The notes under the pieces were generated by a model, which saw only the letters and a list, made by a program, of their open reading frames with translations, was not told where the DNA came from and did not search any database. Shown here piece after piece: positions 21,795 through 35,795 of a stretch of DNA of 64,000 nt. The DNA is from Blastocladiella emersonii ATCC 22665 (Eukaryota; Fungi; Blastocladiomycota), in contig JANHCV010000001.1 in assembly GCA_025594325.1 (NCBI GenBank), positions 3,100,001-3,164,000 of the forward strand, written 5' to 3'. The position numbers were made by a program, and so were the translations under genes. The first letter of the stretch is position 1, and each line of letters opens with the position of its first letter.

Positions 21795-23419
21795 ATGAGC
21801 AAAAAGTCCATCATTTCCGACCGAAGCGTAGGTTCTGGTCTTCCGTCCAGCCATGCGCCCCTCGCTGACCGCGAGGACCGCTCTAGTTCCTCGGGAAGAA
21901 GCTGCCCAAGTCGAAGAGATACACGGACATTGGGTGCGTCCCGCCCGCCCCTGCCTGCCGCCGAGACGACGCAGCAGTAACACTCGCCGTCATGTAGCCC
22001 GACCATCGACACGGGCTCGAGCTCGCTGAGCCAGCTGCGCAAGCTCAAGGAGACGGCCGTCGACCACAAGTACCTCGCGAATGAGCTCTTCATCCGGCTC
22101 AAGCCGATCGTACGCTCCGCCCGGCTTCACGATCGTGCCGAACCGCCGCTTGACTGGTCCGCCACCTGTAGCTCTTCGGCCGGCTCATCTACGAGACGCA
22201 GATGGAGCACGACCTCGAGGCCATGGAGGAGGCCGTGAGCTCGCGCCTGCTCTCGCCGCACGCCTCGCGGGCAGGCACGCCCGTCCACCACCACCACCAC
22301 GCGCCGACCCCCGTCGCCGCGCCGTCGCCATGGGGAGACCGCGGCGGCGAGAGCGACGTGCCGAGCTTTGGCCGGCGGAGGCAGCATCCGGGGCGCCTGC
22401 ACGACTCGGTGATGGGGCTCATGGCCGACCCCGAGGTGACGCGGACGCCCGTCGGCGACGCCGAGCAGTCGCACACGCCGGGACTCCGCGGGCTGCGCAT
22501 GAACGGGTCCGCTGATACGGGGTACAACCACCAGCTGCCGTACCTGCTCCTCGACGTCCGCGAGTACGCCGACTGGCGAAAGTGCCACATTGTCGGCGGT
22601 ACGTGCCCGCTTCACTCTGTGTGCGCTGAGCGAGCGGCGGTAGCTCACTCGTCTCGGACCTTCGTGCAGCGCTGCCGTACCCGGCCGGCTTCATCAAGCG
22701 CGACCAGCTGTCGCGCGACCTGATCATGTACCGCAACAAGCCCGAGCACATTGTGATCCTCTACGACGACGACGAGACGTACGCCTGGTTCCCTCACTCA
22801 CGGCTGCGGTCCCTCGACGCTGACAACGGCCCCCTGTAGCATCGCGGTCCCCGCGGCGCAAATCCTGGCCGAGCGCGGCTTCGACAACGTGTACGTTCTC
22901 TCGGGCGGCCTGCACCACGCCGTAGAGAAGCTGTCGGGCGTGTTCGTCGGCGAGCCGCCCGAGAAGCGCCGCGCGCCCGCTGGCGCCCCCGCCGCGCTGC
23001 CCCGTCTCGGCCGCGCCCGTGGTGCCGTAGCCCAGCCCGCGGCCCCGTCGCCGCTGCCGCAGCTGCCCCCGGGTCCGCAATCGTTCAACATGCACGACCT
23101 GGAGCGCGCGCTGCTGAACGCGACGCCGAGCACGGTTGCGGGCGGCGGCGCCGGCAACTCGCGGTCGTCGACGCGGCTTAGCATGCGCAGCGACGCGTCG
23201 TCGACGGTGCCTGTCGTGCGCGGCGCGGGTGCGGGCGCGCGGTCCGTGGCCACACCCGTCTCGTCGGCGGGCTCGTCGCGGTCAGCCAGTACGAGCAGTC
23301 TCGGAAGTCGGGCTAGCGGGTCGAGCGGACGCGGCGGCGGCGGCGAGTCGCGGACCGGGTTCCGCGGCAGCGGCGGCAGTATGTACCGGCCGTCCAAGCT
23401 GGCTTACTCGGTCGAATGA
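21795..23419 (+). CDS. CEP41: Centrosomal protein CEP41 (rhodanese-like domain); multi-exon
   Basis: KLPKSKRYTDIGPTIDTGSS..KYLANELFIRLK; PYLLLDVREYADWRKCHIVG; IVILYDDDE; LAERGFDNVYVLSGGL. Confidence 0.85.
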
Positions 23420-23588
23420 CGATGGCGGCGTAAGCAAGGCTGGCTGTGGCGAGGAGACGAGAGCGGATACACGATAATTTAAAACTTTCTTTGGCATTGC
23501 GGTTTGGTATGACATTGCGCTGCAGACATGGATGGATCGACAGAACAGGTGAAGGGGAAGGGAGTGAGATGTGCGGCAGCGGTAGCCC

Positions 23589-25519
<1,931 letters not shown>

Positions 25520-25754
25520 TTATGGGCGGAGGCGGCCGGGGGCGGTGGCGTGGGCGGCGGGGGAGAGTGGGCGGCGGCGGCGGTGGCGGGCGAGGGCGAC
25601 GCCCGTGGGAGCGAGCTCCTCGCTAAAAACGACCAGGGCCACGGCTGCCGCTGCCACCTCATCAACACGTTTTTCATTCGGGTTGGCCTGCCCGCTCTCC
25701 TGAACGATGGACGAGCGCGCGTACGCGGGGGGCGACGTCACGCTGCTCGCCTCT

Positions 25755-25788
25755 TGCTTGTTCCCCACTGCTTGTTCCCCACTGCTTG
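25755..25788. repeat. 14-bp tandem repeat (TGCTTGTTCCCCAC x2.4) in the glfA-MPG1 divergent intergenic region
   Basis: tgcttgttccccac tgcttgttccccac tgcttg is seen directly. Confidence 0.85.
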
Positions 25789-26434
25789 GCGGCCCATCGA
25801 GCGATCAGAGCGCGTCCGCATCCCCGGCCCTGCCCAACGCAGTCGCTGGCCGCCAGTCCGGTCAACTAGCTCGTCCACCTGCTCGTCCACGCTGTGGGCG
25901 ACGCGTCGTTGAGCGCGAATTCGGGTCTCCCCGCGTCCAGCGAGGATCTGCACCGTGGCCGAGCCAGCGGACCTGTGTGTCCGCTCGTCGTCTCGCCGGA
26001 AGGACTCGGAAGCGGGTCCAGGCAGTCAGGCACGATTGCTGCTGCTGCGGCACTGGCACCGGACCGGCGAGGTGGTGGGCGTGCGGTGAGGCAGTGGGTG
26101 GCGTAGCGCGCACATGTTCGCGTGGGCGCGATGGGGGTGGCAGGTGTGGCGACCCGTGTCTCGCGGTCACGCGGCGACCTGGCGAAGTCGTCGACGCCCG
26201 CGCCGCGTGCTTGTTGCACGCGCTGCGCTGGGGGGTGTGGGTCGCCGCCGCCGCCGCCACCGCCCTCGCGCCTGCGCCGCGTCCGCGCCCTCCCCCCTTC
26301 TCTCGCCTCGCGCTGCTCCGACCGCTCCTGCATCTCATCCCTCTTCGCCGCAGTGCTCGCTAGCTCGACTCTGCTCAACCCCCCCTCGCGCACCCGACTG
26401 CGCCACCACCTCCACGCTCACGCATCACCCCACC

Positions 26435-27868
26435 ATGAAGGCTCTCATTCTCGTCGGCGGTAAGTATCGCACGCTCCTCCGCTGCGCGCTCGCGGCCAGC
26501 GACGCGTGCGCGTGCCGGCGGGCAGATGGAATGGATGGACACGAACGGCGAGATGGACGCGCGACACGCCGCGCCGCGCGGCGAGGCGACTTGCCCGTCC
26601 TGCATGACGCTGCTTGCGACGCGTCGCGGACAGCAACGTCCGCTGTCCATCTGTTCCACCGCGCCCGCACGCTCGCGTCGCCTGCGCTCGTCGCGCCCCG
26701 AGACCACGCATGCTCACCATCGCCCGCTTCTCCTCTCCGTAGGTTTCGGCACGCGGCTGCGCCCGCTCACGCTCACCATGCCCAAGCCCCTGGTCGAGTT
26801 CGCCAACAAGCCCATGATTCTGCACCAGATTGAGGCCCTGGCCAAGGTCGGCGTCAAGGACATCGTGCTCGCCGTCAACTACCGCCCCGAGGTCATGGTC
26901 GGCGTGCTCAAGCAGTACGAGGCCCTCTACGGCGTCAACATCACCTTCTCGGTCGAGACCGAGCCGCTCGGCACCGCCGGCCCGCTCGCCCTCGCACGCG
27001 ACATTCTCGGCAAGGACGACTCGCCCTTCTTTGTCCTCAACTCGGACGTGATCTGCGAGTTCCCCTTCGACCAGCTCGCCGCCTACCACAAGGCCCACGG
27101 CGGCGAGGGCACCATCATGGTCACCAAGGTCGAGGAGCCCTCAAAGTACGGCGTCGTCGTGCTGCAGAACGGCCACGCCTCGCGCATCGAGCGCTTCGTC
27201 GAGAAGCCGCAGCACTTTGTCGGCAACCGCATCAACGCCGGCATCTACATCTTCTCGCCCGCCATCCTCGACCGCATCGAGCTGCGCCCGACCTCGATCG
27301 AGAAGGAGACCTTCCCCGCCATGGCCGCCGACGGCCAGCTGCACGCCATGGACCTCGAGGGCTTCTGGATGGACGTGGGCCAGCCCAAGGACTTTTTGAC
27401 CGGCATCGGCCTGTACCTCGCCTCGGTCCACCGCCGCCAGCCCGCCACGCTCGCCGCGGGTCCGCACATCCAGGGCAACGTGCTCATCGACCCCTCGGTC
27501 AAGATCGGCGAGGGGTGCAAGATCGGGCCCAACGTGACCATTGCCGAGGGCGTCGTCATTGGCGACGGCGTGCGCATCAAGAACGCGTGCATCCTCAAGA
27601 ACTCGGTCGTCCGCGACTTTTCCTGGATCGAGCGCAGCATCATCGGCTGGAACTCGACCGTCGGCCGCTGGGTACGCGTCACCCTGCCTCTCACATCCCG
27701 TAGCACTCTCGCTGACCCGCTCTCCCTCGTCTCTAGGCGCGCCTCGAGGGCGTCACGGTGCTCGGCGACGACGTGTCCATCTCGGACGAGATCTACGTCA
27801 ACGGCGGTTGCATCCTGCCCCACAAGTCCATCTCCGTGTGCATCCCCGAGCCACAAATCATCATGTAA
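26435..27868 (+). CDS. MPG1: Mannose-1-phosphate guanylyltransferase (GDP-mannose pyrophosphorylase); 3 exons
   Basis: MKALILVGG|[32 protein letters not shown]; [13 protein letters not shown]; C-terminal hexapeptide repeats; introns 26460-26742 and ~27672-27737. Confidence 0.96.
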
Positions 27869-28296
27869 GCGCGAGACCGTCGTGTGTCCCCCCGCTCCTC
27901 TCCTCCCTCCCTCCCTGTACAGCCGTCGCCCTCGTCATTGCACATCCGCCATCCCACGCCCGCACTCTCTCCCCCGCACTCGACTGCTCTCGCGTTTTGC
28001 CCGCCGCAGCTCCTCCTTTCCCACCCCACGCATCCCGTTATTGCATTCGTTCGCCAGTCATCTCATGCCCATCGCCGAGCGCGGTATTCCACTCTTGATA
28101 GATATTTTCCGTTACCATCCCGATGGCCTCGATGAAATCACGCGGGCGCGGATGTCGACGCGCCGCTCCGATCGATCCTGACCTCCCACGCTTCGGCTCG
28201 CCGTTGCACCCGGCAACAAATCCGCCTTTGGATCGCCCTGCCGCGCCCTCTCTCTCTCCTGAGCCCGACACCACGTAACTGCTACGAATCATCATC

Positions 28297-29576
28297 ATGC
28301 TGCACCGGCAACTGTCGTCGATGCTCATGCGCCAGTCGTCCGCATGGACGGCGCGCTCCATGGCCACGTACGGCGGGACTCTGCGCATCCCATCGTGCCA
28401 CCACACGCGAGTGCTCATGCCATCGACGTGTACCGTAGCCAGGCGGCCACTGCTACGGCCCCGTCGTCGTCGATGGCCGTGACCGACAACTCCAAGGGCA
28501 CGGCGATCCTGCTCATGAACCTCGGCGGGCCCGAGACGCTCGACGCCGTGTACCCGTTCCTGCAAAGCCTGTTCTCGGACCCGGACCTGATCCCGATCCC
28601 GTTCCAGGACAAGCTGGCGCCCATCATCGCCAAGCGGCGCACCCCGAAGATCCAGGACCAGTACGCGCAGATTGGCGGCGGCAGCCCCATCAAGATGTGG
28701 ACCGAGAAGCAGGGCCGCGCCATGGACGAGCTGCTCGACCAGCTGTCGCCCGCGACCGCCCCGCACAAGTCGTTCATTGGGTTCCGGTACGCGTCGCCCA
28801 TGACCGACGACGCCGTCAAGGCGATCCAGGACGCCGGGTTCAAGCGCGCCGTCGCCTTCACCCAGTACCCGCAGTACTCGTGCTCGACCACGGGCTCGTC
28901 GCTCAACGAGCTGTACCGCCAGCTCAAGGAGCTCGACCCCAAGGGCGAGCTCGACTGGTCCGTCATCGACCGCTGGCCCACCCACCGCGGCCTCGTCAAG
29001 GCGTTCGCCGACCGCATCCGCGCCGGCCTCGAGCAGTACCCGGCCGAGGTCCGCAGCAAGGTGATCCTGCTCTTCTCGGCGCACTCGCTGCCCATGACCG
29101 TCGTCGAGCGCGGCGACCCGTACGTGCACGAGGTGGCGGCGACCGTCAACGCCGTCATGGCCGAGCTCGGCAACTCGAACCCGTACCGCCTGTCGTGGCA
29201 GTCCAAGGTCGGCCCGCGCGCGTGGATGGGCCCGCAGACGTCCGACGTGCTCGAGTCGCTCGGCAAGAAGAAGCTCGACAACGTGCTCCTGGTCCCGATC
29301 GCCTTCACGTCCGACCACATCGAGACGCTGTTCGAGCTCGACCTCGAGTACCTCGAGGAGGCCAAGTCCAAGTGGGGCATGCAGGGCGTGCGCCGCGTCG
29401 AGTCCCTCAACGACTCGCCGCTCTTCATCGAGGCCATGGCCGACCTCGTCCACAACCACCTCAAGGACGGCCGCAAGACCTCGCCCCAGCTCGGCCTCCA
29501 GTGCCCTATGTGCACCAAGGTGAGCTGTCGCGACGCCAAGAAGTTCTTTGCCAAGGACTTCGCCCTGACCATCTAG
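28297..29576 (+). CDS. HEM15: Mitochondrial ferrochelatase with C-terminal [2Fe-2S] cysteines; intron ~28368-28438
   Basis: ILLMNLGGP, YAQIGGGSPI, FTQYPQYSCSTTGSS, LFSAHSLP, WQSKVGP, PIAFTSDHIETL, and C-terminal CPMCTKVSC; presequence exon from ATG 28297. Confidence 0.95.
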
Positions 29577-30389
29577 GCTGGCCCCGCGCGGGTCGCCGTC
29601 CCCGCCCAATACATTCCGTAGTAGATCATCTATCGCACCTCATCGATGGCACCGCCGACGCTGAACACGTCGCGAATGAGGGCCGCGCCAATCACGACGC
29701 AGGGCGGCTGCCCCACGCAGCCTTCCGCGGATCGTGCACGCGCTCGTTCAACGCTGCGCGTCGCTTGAATTCAAACCCCAGCAAGGCGTAGAGGCGGCGC
29801 CATCCGCTTGGTCACCGGGCCATGCGATCGCCGTCAGCCTGACCAACCTTGGCCCGAGCTTAGCCAGCCGGCCTTCCGCGCCGCGATGCGTGCAACGCGA
29901 CGGGTGCCCCACACTCGACCGCGTGAGCGGCAGGCCGTGCATGGGCGCTCATTTCACAGGGTTTGATTAGCCTTCCAGACTTGGCACGTACGGGGCGTAC
30001 GCATGGGCCAAGTCGGCGATGCCCGGAGCGAAGAAACCGTTCGGCGTCGCGGGATGGGTGGCTCAGCAGCGAGCGTCAGCAAACCCCAGCACCACCTTGC
30101 GCTCGAACGGGAAACGTGTCAGCTCTTCTCGCTCGCGTCGCGGACACGGTTCCGACCTGCGCCGAAATAAGCTGTAATGAGCGGGAAATGAGACGTAGCG
30201 ACTGGTGCTACGTGGGTCGAGGCCGACGGCGAGCGGTGATCGGTTCAATGATCCGCGTCGCTCATCCAGCCCGCCCGCTGCCACCGACCGTGGACCGCCC
30301 GAGAGTACAAGTACCGGGCCCTCCCCCGCTCCTCATCTCTCGATCCTCACCAGCCAACCCTCCTTCCACAAACCAACCAGCCGACCAAG

Positions 30390-31385
30390 ATGCAGATCCT
30401 CGCCATCCTCGCCTCCGCGGCCCTGCTCTCCACCACGGCCTCGGCCGCCCCCGCCCCCTCGGCCTCGACCGACATGACCTGCGCCAAGACCTTCACGCCC
30501 GGCTTCATGTCGCTCATGACGTGCCACTGCCTCGCGTCGTGCACCGTGACCGGCCGCTGCTGCCCCGACTACGACGCCTTCTCCGCGTCGGCCTCGGCCT
30601 TCATGCGCTCCAAGGACATGGTGATCGCGCGCCGCGGCCCGAACACCGAACCCGCCAAGGACAAGCCGTACCACAAGTCCGAGCCCGCCATCACGGCCAT
30701 GACGACCAAGGGCACCGGCAAAGAGGCGGTCGCGCTGCTCACGGTGCGCCAGTGCACCTTCGAGGACGTGGCGCGCGCGCCCGTCAACCCGGGCAACGGC
30801 GACATGACGACCATGCCGATGCCCAAGTGGGAGCTGCGCTCGTGCGGCGAGGGCTACGACGTGGTCGCGCACAAGGTCGGCGGCAACGGCCAGATCGTCG
30901 CCTTCGAGGACGCGGTCAAGGTGCCCGCGACCGTGCGCGTCGCGGTCGGCCCGCTGCCGCCGACCGAGATCGCCACGATCCAGCCGTACCCGGCGCCGTG
31001 GAACGTCATGTACTACGCCGAGGTCAAGGGCGCGTCGGCCGCGTCGGCGTACAAGGCGGCGCTGGTGCAGGAGCCGCTCGTGCCCGGGTTCACGGCCGAC
31101 CTCAACAAGCGCGCGTCGGGCAAGCTCGGCTTTGATCCGACCACGGGCCGCAAGTGGTCGGTGCGTGCGGCCACGTTCGGCACGGCCGAGCCCGTCAAGT
31201 ACGCGCCCACGACGCAGGACGTGACGGCGCTCCAGCTCGACGAGGAGTTTGTGTCGCGCGCGCACTCGGCCAACTACCACGTCACGCCGACGCGTGGTGG
31301 GTACCTGCGCCGCGTGTTTGACGGCCAGCAGTGGGTCGACACGGTCGATGCCCGTGGCAACCGCGTCGTCGCCTCGACGCTCTAA
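30390..31385 (+). CDS. Secreted protein with an N-terminal somatomedin-B-like Cys motif and an unassigned C-terminal domain; intronless
   Basis: Signal peptide MQILAILASAALLSTTASA; CHCLASCTVTGRCCPDY matches SMB CxCxxxCxxxxxCCxDY; strong GC3 codon bias over 331 aa. Confidence 0.8.
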   Translation: MQILAILASAALLSTTASAAPAPSASTDMTCAKTFTPGFMSLMTCHCLASCTVTGRCCPDYDAFSASASAFMRSKDMVIARRGPNTEPAKDKPYHKSEPAITAMTTKGTGKEAVALLTVRQCTFEDVARAPVNPGNGDMTTMPMPKWELRSCGEGYDVVAHKVGGNGQIVAFEDAVKVPATVRVAVGPLPPTEIATIQPYPAPWNVMYYAEVKGASAASAYKAALVQEPLVPGFTADLNKRASGKLGFDPTTGRKWSVRAATFGTAEPVKYAPTTQDVTALQLDEEFVSRAHSANYHVTPTRGGYLRRVFDGQQWVDTVDARGNRVVASTL

Positions 31386-33170
31386 GTGTCCTCGACTCCT
31401 CTCTCCACTTAAGCCCTAGAAGTGTGTTTCCGTGTGTGTCTACCCTCCTTGTGTGTCTTGTCTTGTCGGTACCCCCAAAAGTGCAATACAGGCTCAGTTA
31501 GTGTGTTTTCTTTAAAAGTCTCGCTGTTGCTTCAAATCATCTCCGCCCTGCGTTCCGCGCGAAACGATGATCTGACACTGGAGGTCATGCAAGATTTCGC
31601 GACCGAGAGCCTGCGCCAAGGTGGGCCACGACGAGGGCCTGCGTCTCGGCGGTTGGCGCACAGCCGAGGGCCCGGCGGGAAGGTGAGCTGGGCGTGCCAT
31701 ATCAGTTGGTGTAGGAATCCGTGCACGCCACGCGCCCCGGCCCTCTGAGCGAGGGGACCTCGTCCGAGGTTTCCTAGCTCATGGCCGGCGCGCCGGTGGA
31801 TGTGCGGCTGCTCCGCCGTGGGGCAGGCTCAGCTCATGGCCTGCTTTTGCCGCGGCGGACGGGGCCGTCGCTCCGGTCGAGAAGGTGGAGTCAGGAACGC
31901 TGCGCGCTCGGACCCTTCGCGCAGCCGCCCTCAACTCGCTCTCGTGCGCCCAGCCCTTGAGGTCTCTTCCGAAAGTGCTGTAATGAGCTCCCCCCTAGGT
32001 TTCTCTCTCGTTTGGTGTGTGTGTGGTTTTGTTAAGATTCAAGCACGTGGAATAGATGGGCAATGAACAAAGAAGCGTGCTTGGTGCGCGGATGCTCGCA
32101 GAGCACCTGCGCCCGCGACTCGAGCAGCTGGTTCTGAGCACCGCGACGATTGATTGATTACTCGGCTGCCGTGCGCCTCAAGGCCGACTTTTCGCCCAAC
32201 GTCCTTCACTTGACCTAACTTGTGTCGCAGGCGCCAACTGGGTCCGACTCGTTCGAATGAATGACTGAATGAATACACACATCCTCACTGCTTCTTTCTG
32301 CGGCGGTCGGTTGATTGCGAGATCCAGGGCCAGCGGGGCGCGACGAGCGAGTGCGGGCCATGGCCGTGCCATCATCAATCGATGGGTGCGTGTCTTGCTG
32401 AGAGAAAGAATCCACCACGCAACACAAGGGCACGGGTGCATCGGGGCGGACGGCGGACGGCTTCCGAAAGGGAGGGGATCTGCCTTCTGAAGCGGACGCG
32501 CTGCGCCACAGCGTGAGGACACGAGACGAGGTGGCGGCGTCGGCGTCGTTTCGAGTCGCCGCCACTCTGGCCGCCACTCGCGGCGGGCCTCCCAAGTCTG
32601 CCCGCCCCGCCGCCACCTCTCCCTCTCGGTGTCCCATGGATCCTATGCAACTTTGACGTCTAACTCGTCGAACTCGATGCATCGACTTCAGGGCGTGCGT
32701 GGTCATGCTGGGCTCGTCGAAGCACCGTGCTGATCGAGTGTCTCCTGAACTCGGCGACCGCGGCCACCGCGGCGACCACAAGCGCGGACCGGGAGCGCTG
32801 GCTGGGCCGGTGCTCGATGCCGGAGCTTGTCTCGATCCATCCTGCCCTGATGGTTGCTGCTATTCACATAGGTACACGTTGGGCGGTATCCCGCGGTAGT
32901 AAGGGCCGTGGGCAGTCTGTCTCAACGCGCGGGTCGCTGCTAGCTTGACTCGCATCGCTTTGTTGATTGATCACTGCGGACTGCCCAAGCCCCCGAGGCT
33001 CTCAACTGTGTCCCGAGCGGCGGCGCATCAAGTCGATCGCCAGGCGCAAGGACAGAATATCAATTGGCTTCTCATTCAATAATCAGTTACCTGATCAATC
33101 ACATCCTGTGCGGGCCGCAGGACGGCGGCCACGCAATACTGTTGCTTTCCTTGTTCTTGGAAGGCCCCAC

Positions 33171-34834
33171 TCAGAGGTAGTAATAGTACTCGAAGCAGTA
33201 CGAGATGGCGAGCAGCGGCGGGCCGGCGAACATGCCGAACCAGAAGAAGGCGTTGCCCGCGACCGGGTGGCGGCGGCTCCACGGCAGCCGCCCGAGCCAG
33301 ATGAGCGGGAGCTGGAACATTTGCAGCAGGAACAGGTACATGCGGAACTTGCGCGACACGATGATCATGGCGAGCTCGTGGAGGCACGAGCTGAAGAGGA
33401 ATGTGAGCAGCGTCGCGTTCTTCTTGGACACCTTGTAGTTCTGGATCGACTCGAGGTACTATCAGCGGCGGTGGCGCGTGATTGATTTGATTAGTCGGGC
33501 GAGACGTGAGGGGTTCGAGCGTGAGTGAGACTGCTCGACACGCACGACGTGACGCAGCAGGAACTCGTGGACCGGCTTGTTCCACTCGCGCGCAAACTGG
33601 TCAAACGACGACGAGTTCCACCAGAGCCCGTAAAAGTTGCGATCCTAGAAGTGACGCGGGTGTACATACGTCAGAGTACGACCAATGGGTGTCGCCGAGT
33701 CTCGCGCAAGCATCCAGCGCACCGCGAACCTATACGGTGCCAAGAGTCAGCCGCATGATGGCGAGGAACCAGCCAGTCAACCAGTCGCAAACCGTACCGC
33801 GTAATCTCGGCAAACCCGTTGCAGACGCACTCGAAGATGATGTAGAAGGTCATGAGGTAGCAGATCATGAACGGGAAGAAGAGCTGCGCGAGGAGGCCGG
33901 CAAACGTCATGTTGCGCATGTTGTGGAGCACGGGCAGGATGTAGTGCTCGACCGTGATGTACATGAGCATGATGCTGCCGAGCGTCGCGGCGAGCTTCTC
34001 GCAAACGTAGGACCAGCGGATCGACTGGGTGCGCGGGTACTCGAGCTCGGCGAGCTCGGCCTTGACCTCCTCAAGCCGTGACGTGACGGTCGCGGCGGTC
34101 GGGTCGGCCACGGACTCGAGCAGCTTGTACTCGGCGCGCACGCGGCGGTCGGCCCAGTACCGCTCGTTGAGCTCGCCGTTGTACTGGTTGTACGAGTGGA
34201 TCTTGAACAGCATCGCGATGACGTGCAGCGTCAGGGTGCCGGACTGGACCCACGGCAGGTCGCGGTGCCAGATCCACGAGAGCCAGCCAAAGAAGAAGAC
34301 GGACTGGACCGTGTGCTGCAGCACGGCGCGCACGAGCGGGTGGCGGAAGACGTGCATCTTCATGAGCCAGTTGAGGACAAAGGCCGAGAAGAGCGAGGCG
34401 ACGATCATGAGGTCGTCGCGGACCAGGCCGAGCAGGTTGGACGTCATGAGGCGGAAGGTGCCGAGGCCGAACAGGATGCCGGTGGTCTGCAGGTTGTTGA
34501 CCATGGTGAGCAGGGTGTAGAAGCCCATGGCGACCCAGAACAGGACAAAGAAGCCGCGGAAGTCGTCTTTGTCGCGCTCGAGCCGCTCGAGGTCGAGCTT
34601 GGACGAGCGCGCGCGGAACGGGCTCCCGCGGCGCGACGAGGGCTTGGAGATGCGGCACGACGACACGGAGGTCGAGGACGCCGACGACAGCGTCGAGTCG
34701 GTGAGGTGGCGGCCGAGGCGCGCGTGCAGGTGGCTCTGCGGGCTCAGGCGCGTCGGCGACGTGGTGCGCGGGATGCGCGTCACGGGCGACACATTGAGCT
34801 TCTCTCGGGTTCGGTCGCAATGTCGCGCGTCCAT
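33171..34834 (-). CDS. MBOAT sterol O-acyltransferase (ARE1/ARE2/SOAT family); multi-exon, start uncertain (possibly 34931)
   Basis: FRGFFVLFW, ELEYPRT..IRWSYV, DRNFYGLWWNSSSFDQFAREWNKPVHEFLLRHV, catalytic SSCLHEL, GNAFFWFG. Confidence 0.9.
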
Positions 34835-35795
34835 CAAGGGTGGCGAACCGCGAAGCGGTTGCGGCCAAGGCGTTCAAGGCTTTCCCGCTCGATCGCGGCC
34901 GCCCGTCTCCCAAAGACGCGCGTGGCGCCATGCGTAAGGCGCGGGGCGCGCTCCCATACCTCAAGGCGCGCTGGGGCAACTGGCGGAGTCCTAGGCACGG
35001 ACTGGAATGCGACGGGCCCCTCACGCCCGCTTTGCATTGCACATTTGATCGGCGGAATCGGGGAGGGGAGGAGCGTCCGGTGCGTGCCGCCTTTTTGCTT
35101 CCGCACCAATTGCTGCGCGCTTCAACTTACGCTTTTTTTTTTTTTCTTGAATAAACGGGCGGCGCCCTTATGAGCAGCTGCGATTGGCCTATTATTTTGC
35201 GCCAGACACCTTGAGATCAATCCCTCGAAACGCTCTGCGAACGGCGGGACGGTCCGCAAGCCGTCCCGCCCTTTGCTCGGCTGCCGGGTCACCACCACGT
35301 CCAGCGAACCATCACCGGACGCGTCAAGGGCGCGCGGTGATCGTTACGATCAACGCCTGCGAGCCGCAAGACGCGTCCGAAACTCGACGCGCGCGGCGAG
35401 GTCGGCGCGAGACAGTCGGTCACGTGCGCGGCGCGAGACACTTGGTCAGGTGATGCGCGCGCCGACGCGCCTCGCGTCTTAGTGGTGAGCTTGGTGCTCT
35501 TTGCTCTTGTTCTCGCATGCCCGTGTTACCCCAGTACTTTGTTGAGCTCAACGAGCGGCGCCGGACCGAGCTGCGCGTGCGCACCAAGGACAACCTACTT
35601 CTCGCGTCCCGCGAGTGCATCAAGTGCGTCGCGCTCCGAGTCTGGACCCACGCGCTCATGTGATGAGATTCAATGAAGATTGATTTGGATTTGGATTTTG
35701 TATTTTGGATTCATGTACATGAGTGAATGGCAGCAAGCAGCAGCAAAGTCAGTTGCAAAGCCGTATAGGTAGTCGCGAGAACCGCAACCGCTCGC

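Noticed and set aside
28344-28440. ORF-track start MDGALHGH.. for ferrochelatase
   Set aside because: That segment reads through an intron; the spliced ATG 28297 model gives a typical mitochondrial presequence
35440-35670. Possible small spliced gene (..|YFVELNERRRTELRVRTKDNLLLASRECIKCVALRVWTHALM*)
   Set aside because: Coding-like codons and a GTGAGC..CCCAG intron are present, but no start or homology could be supported
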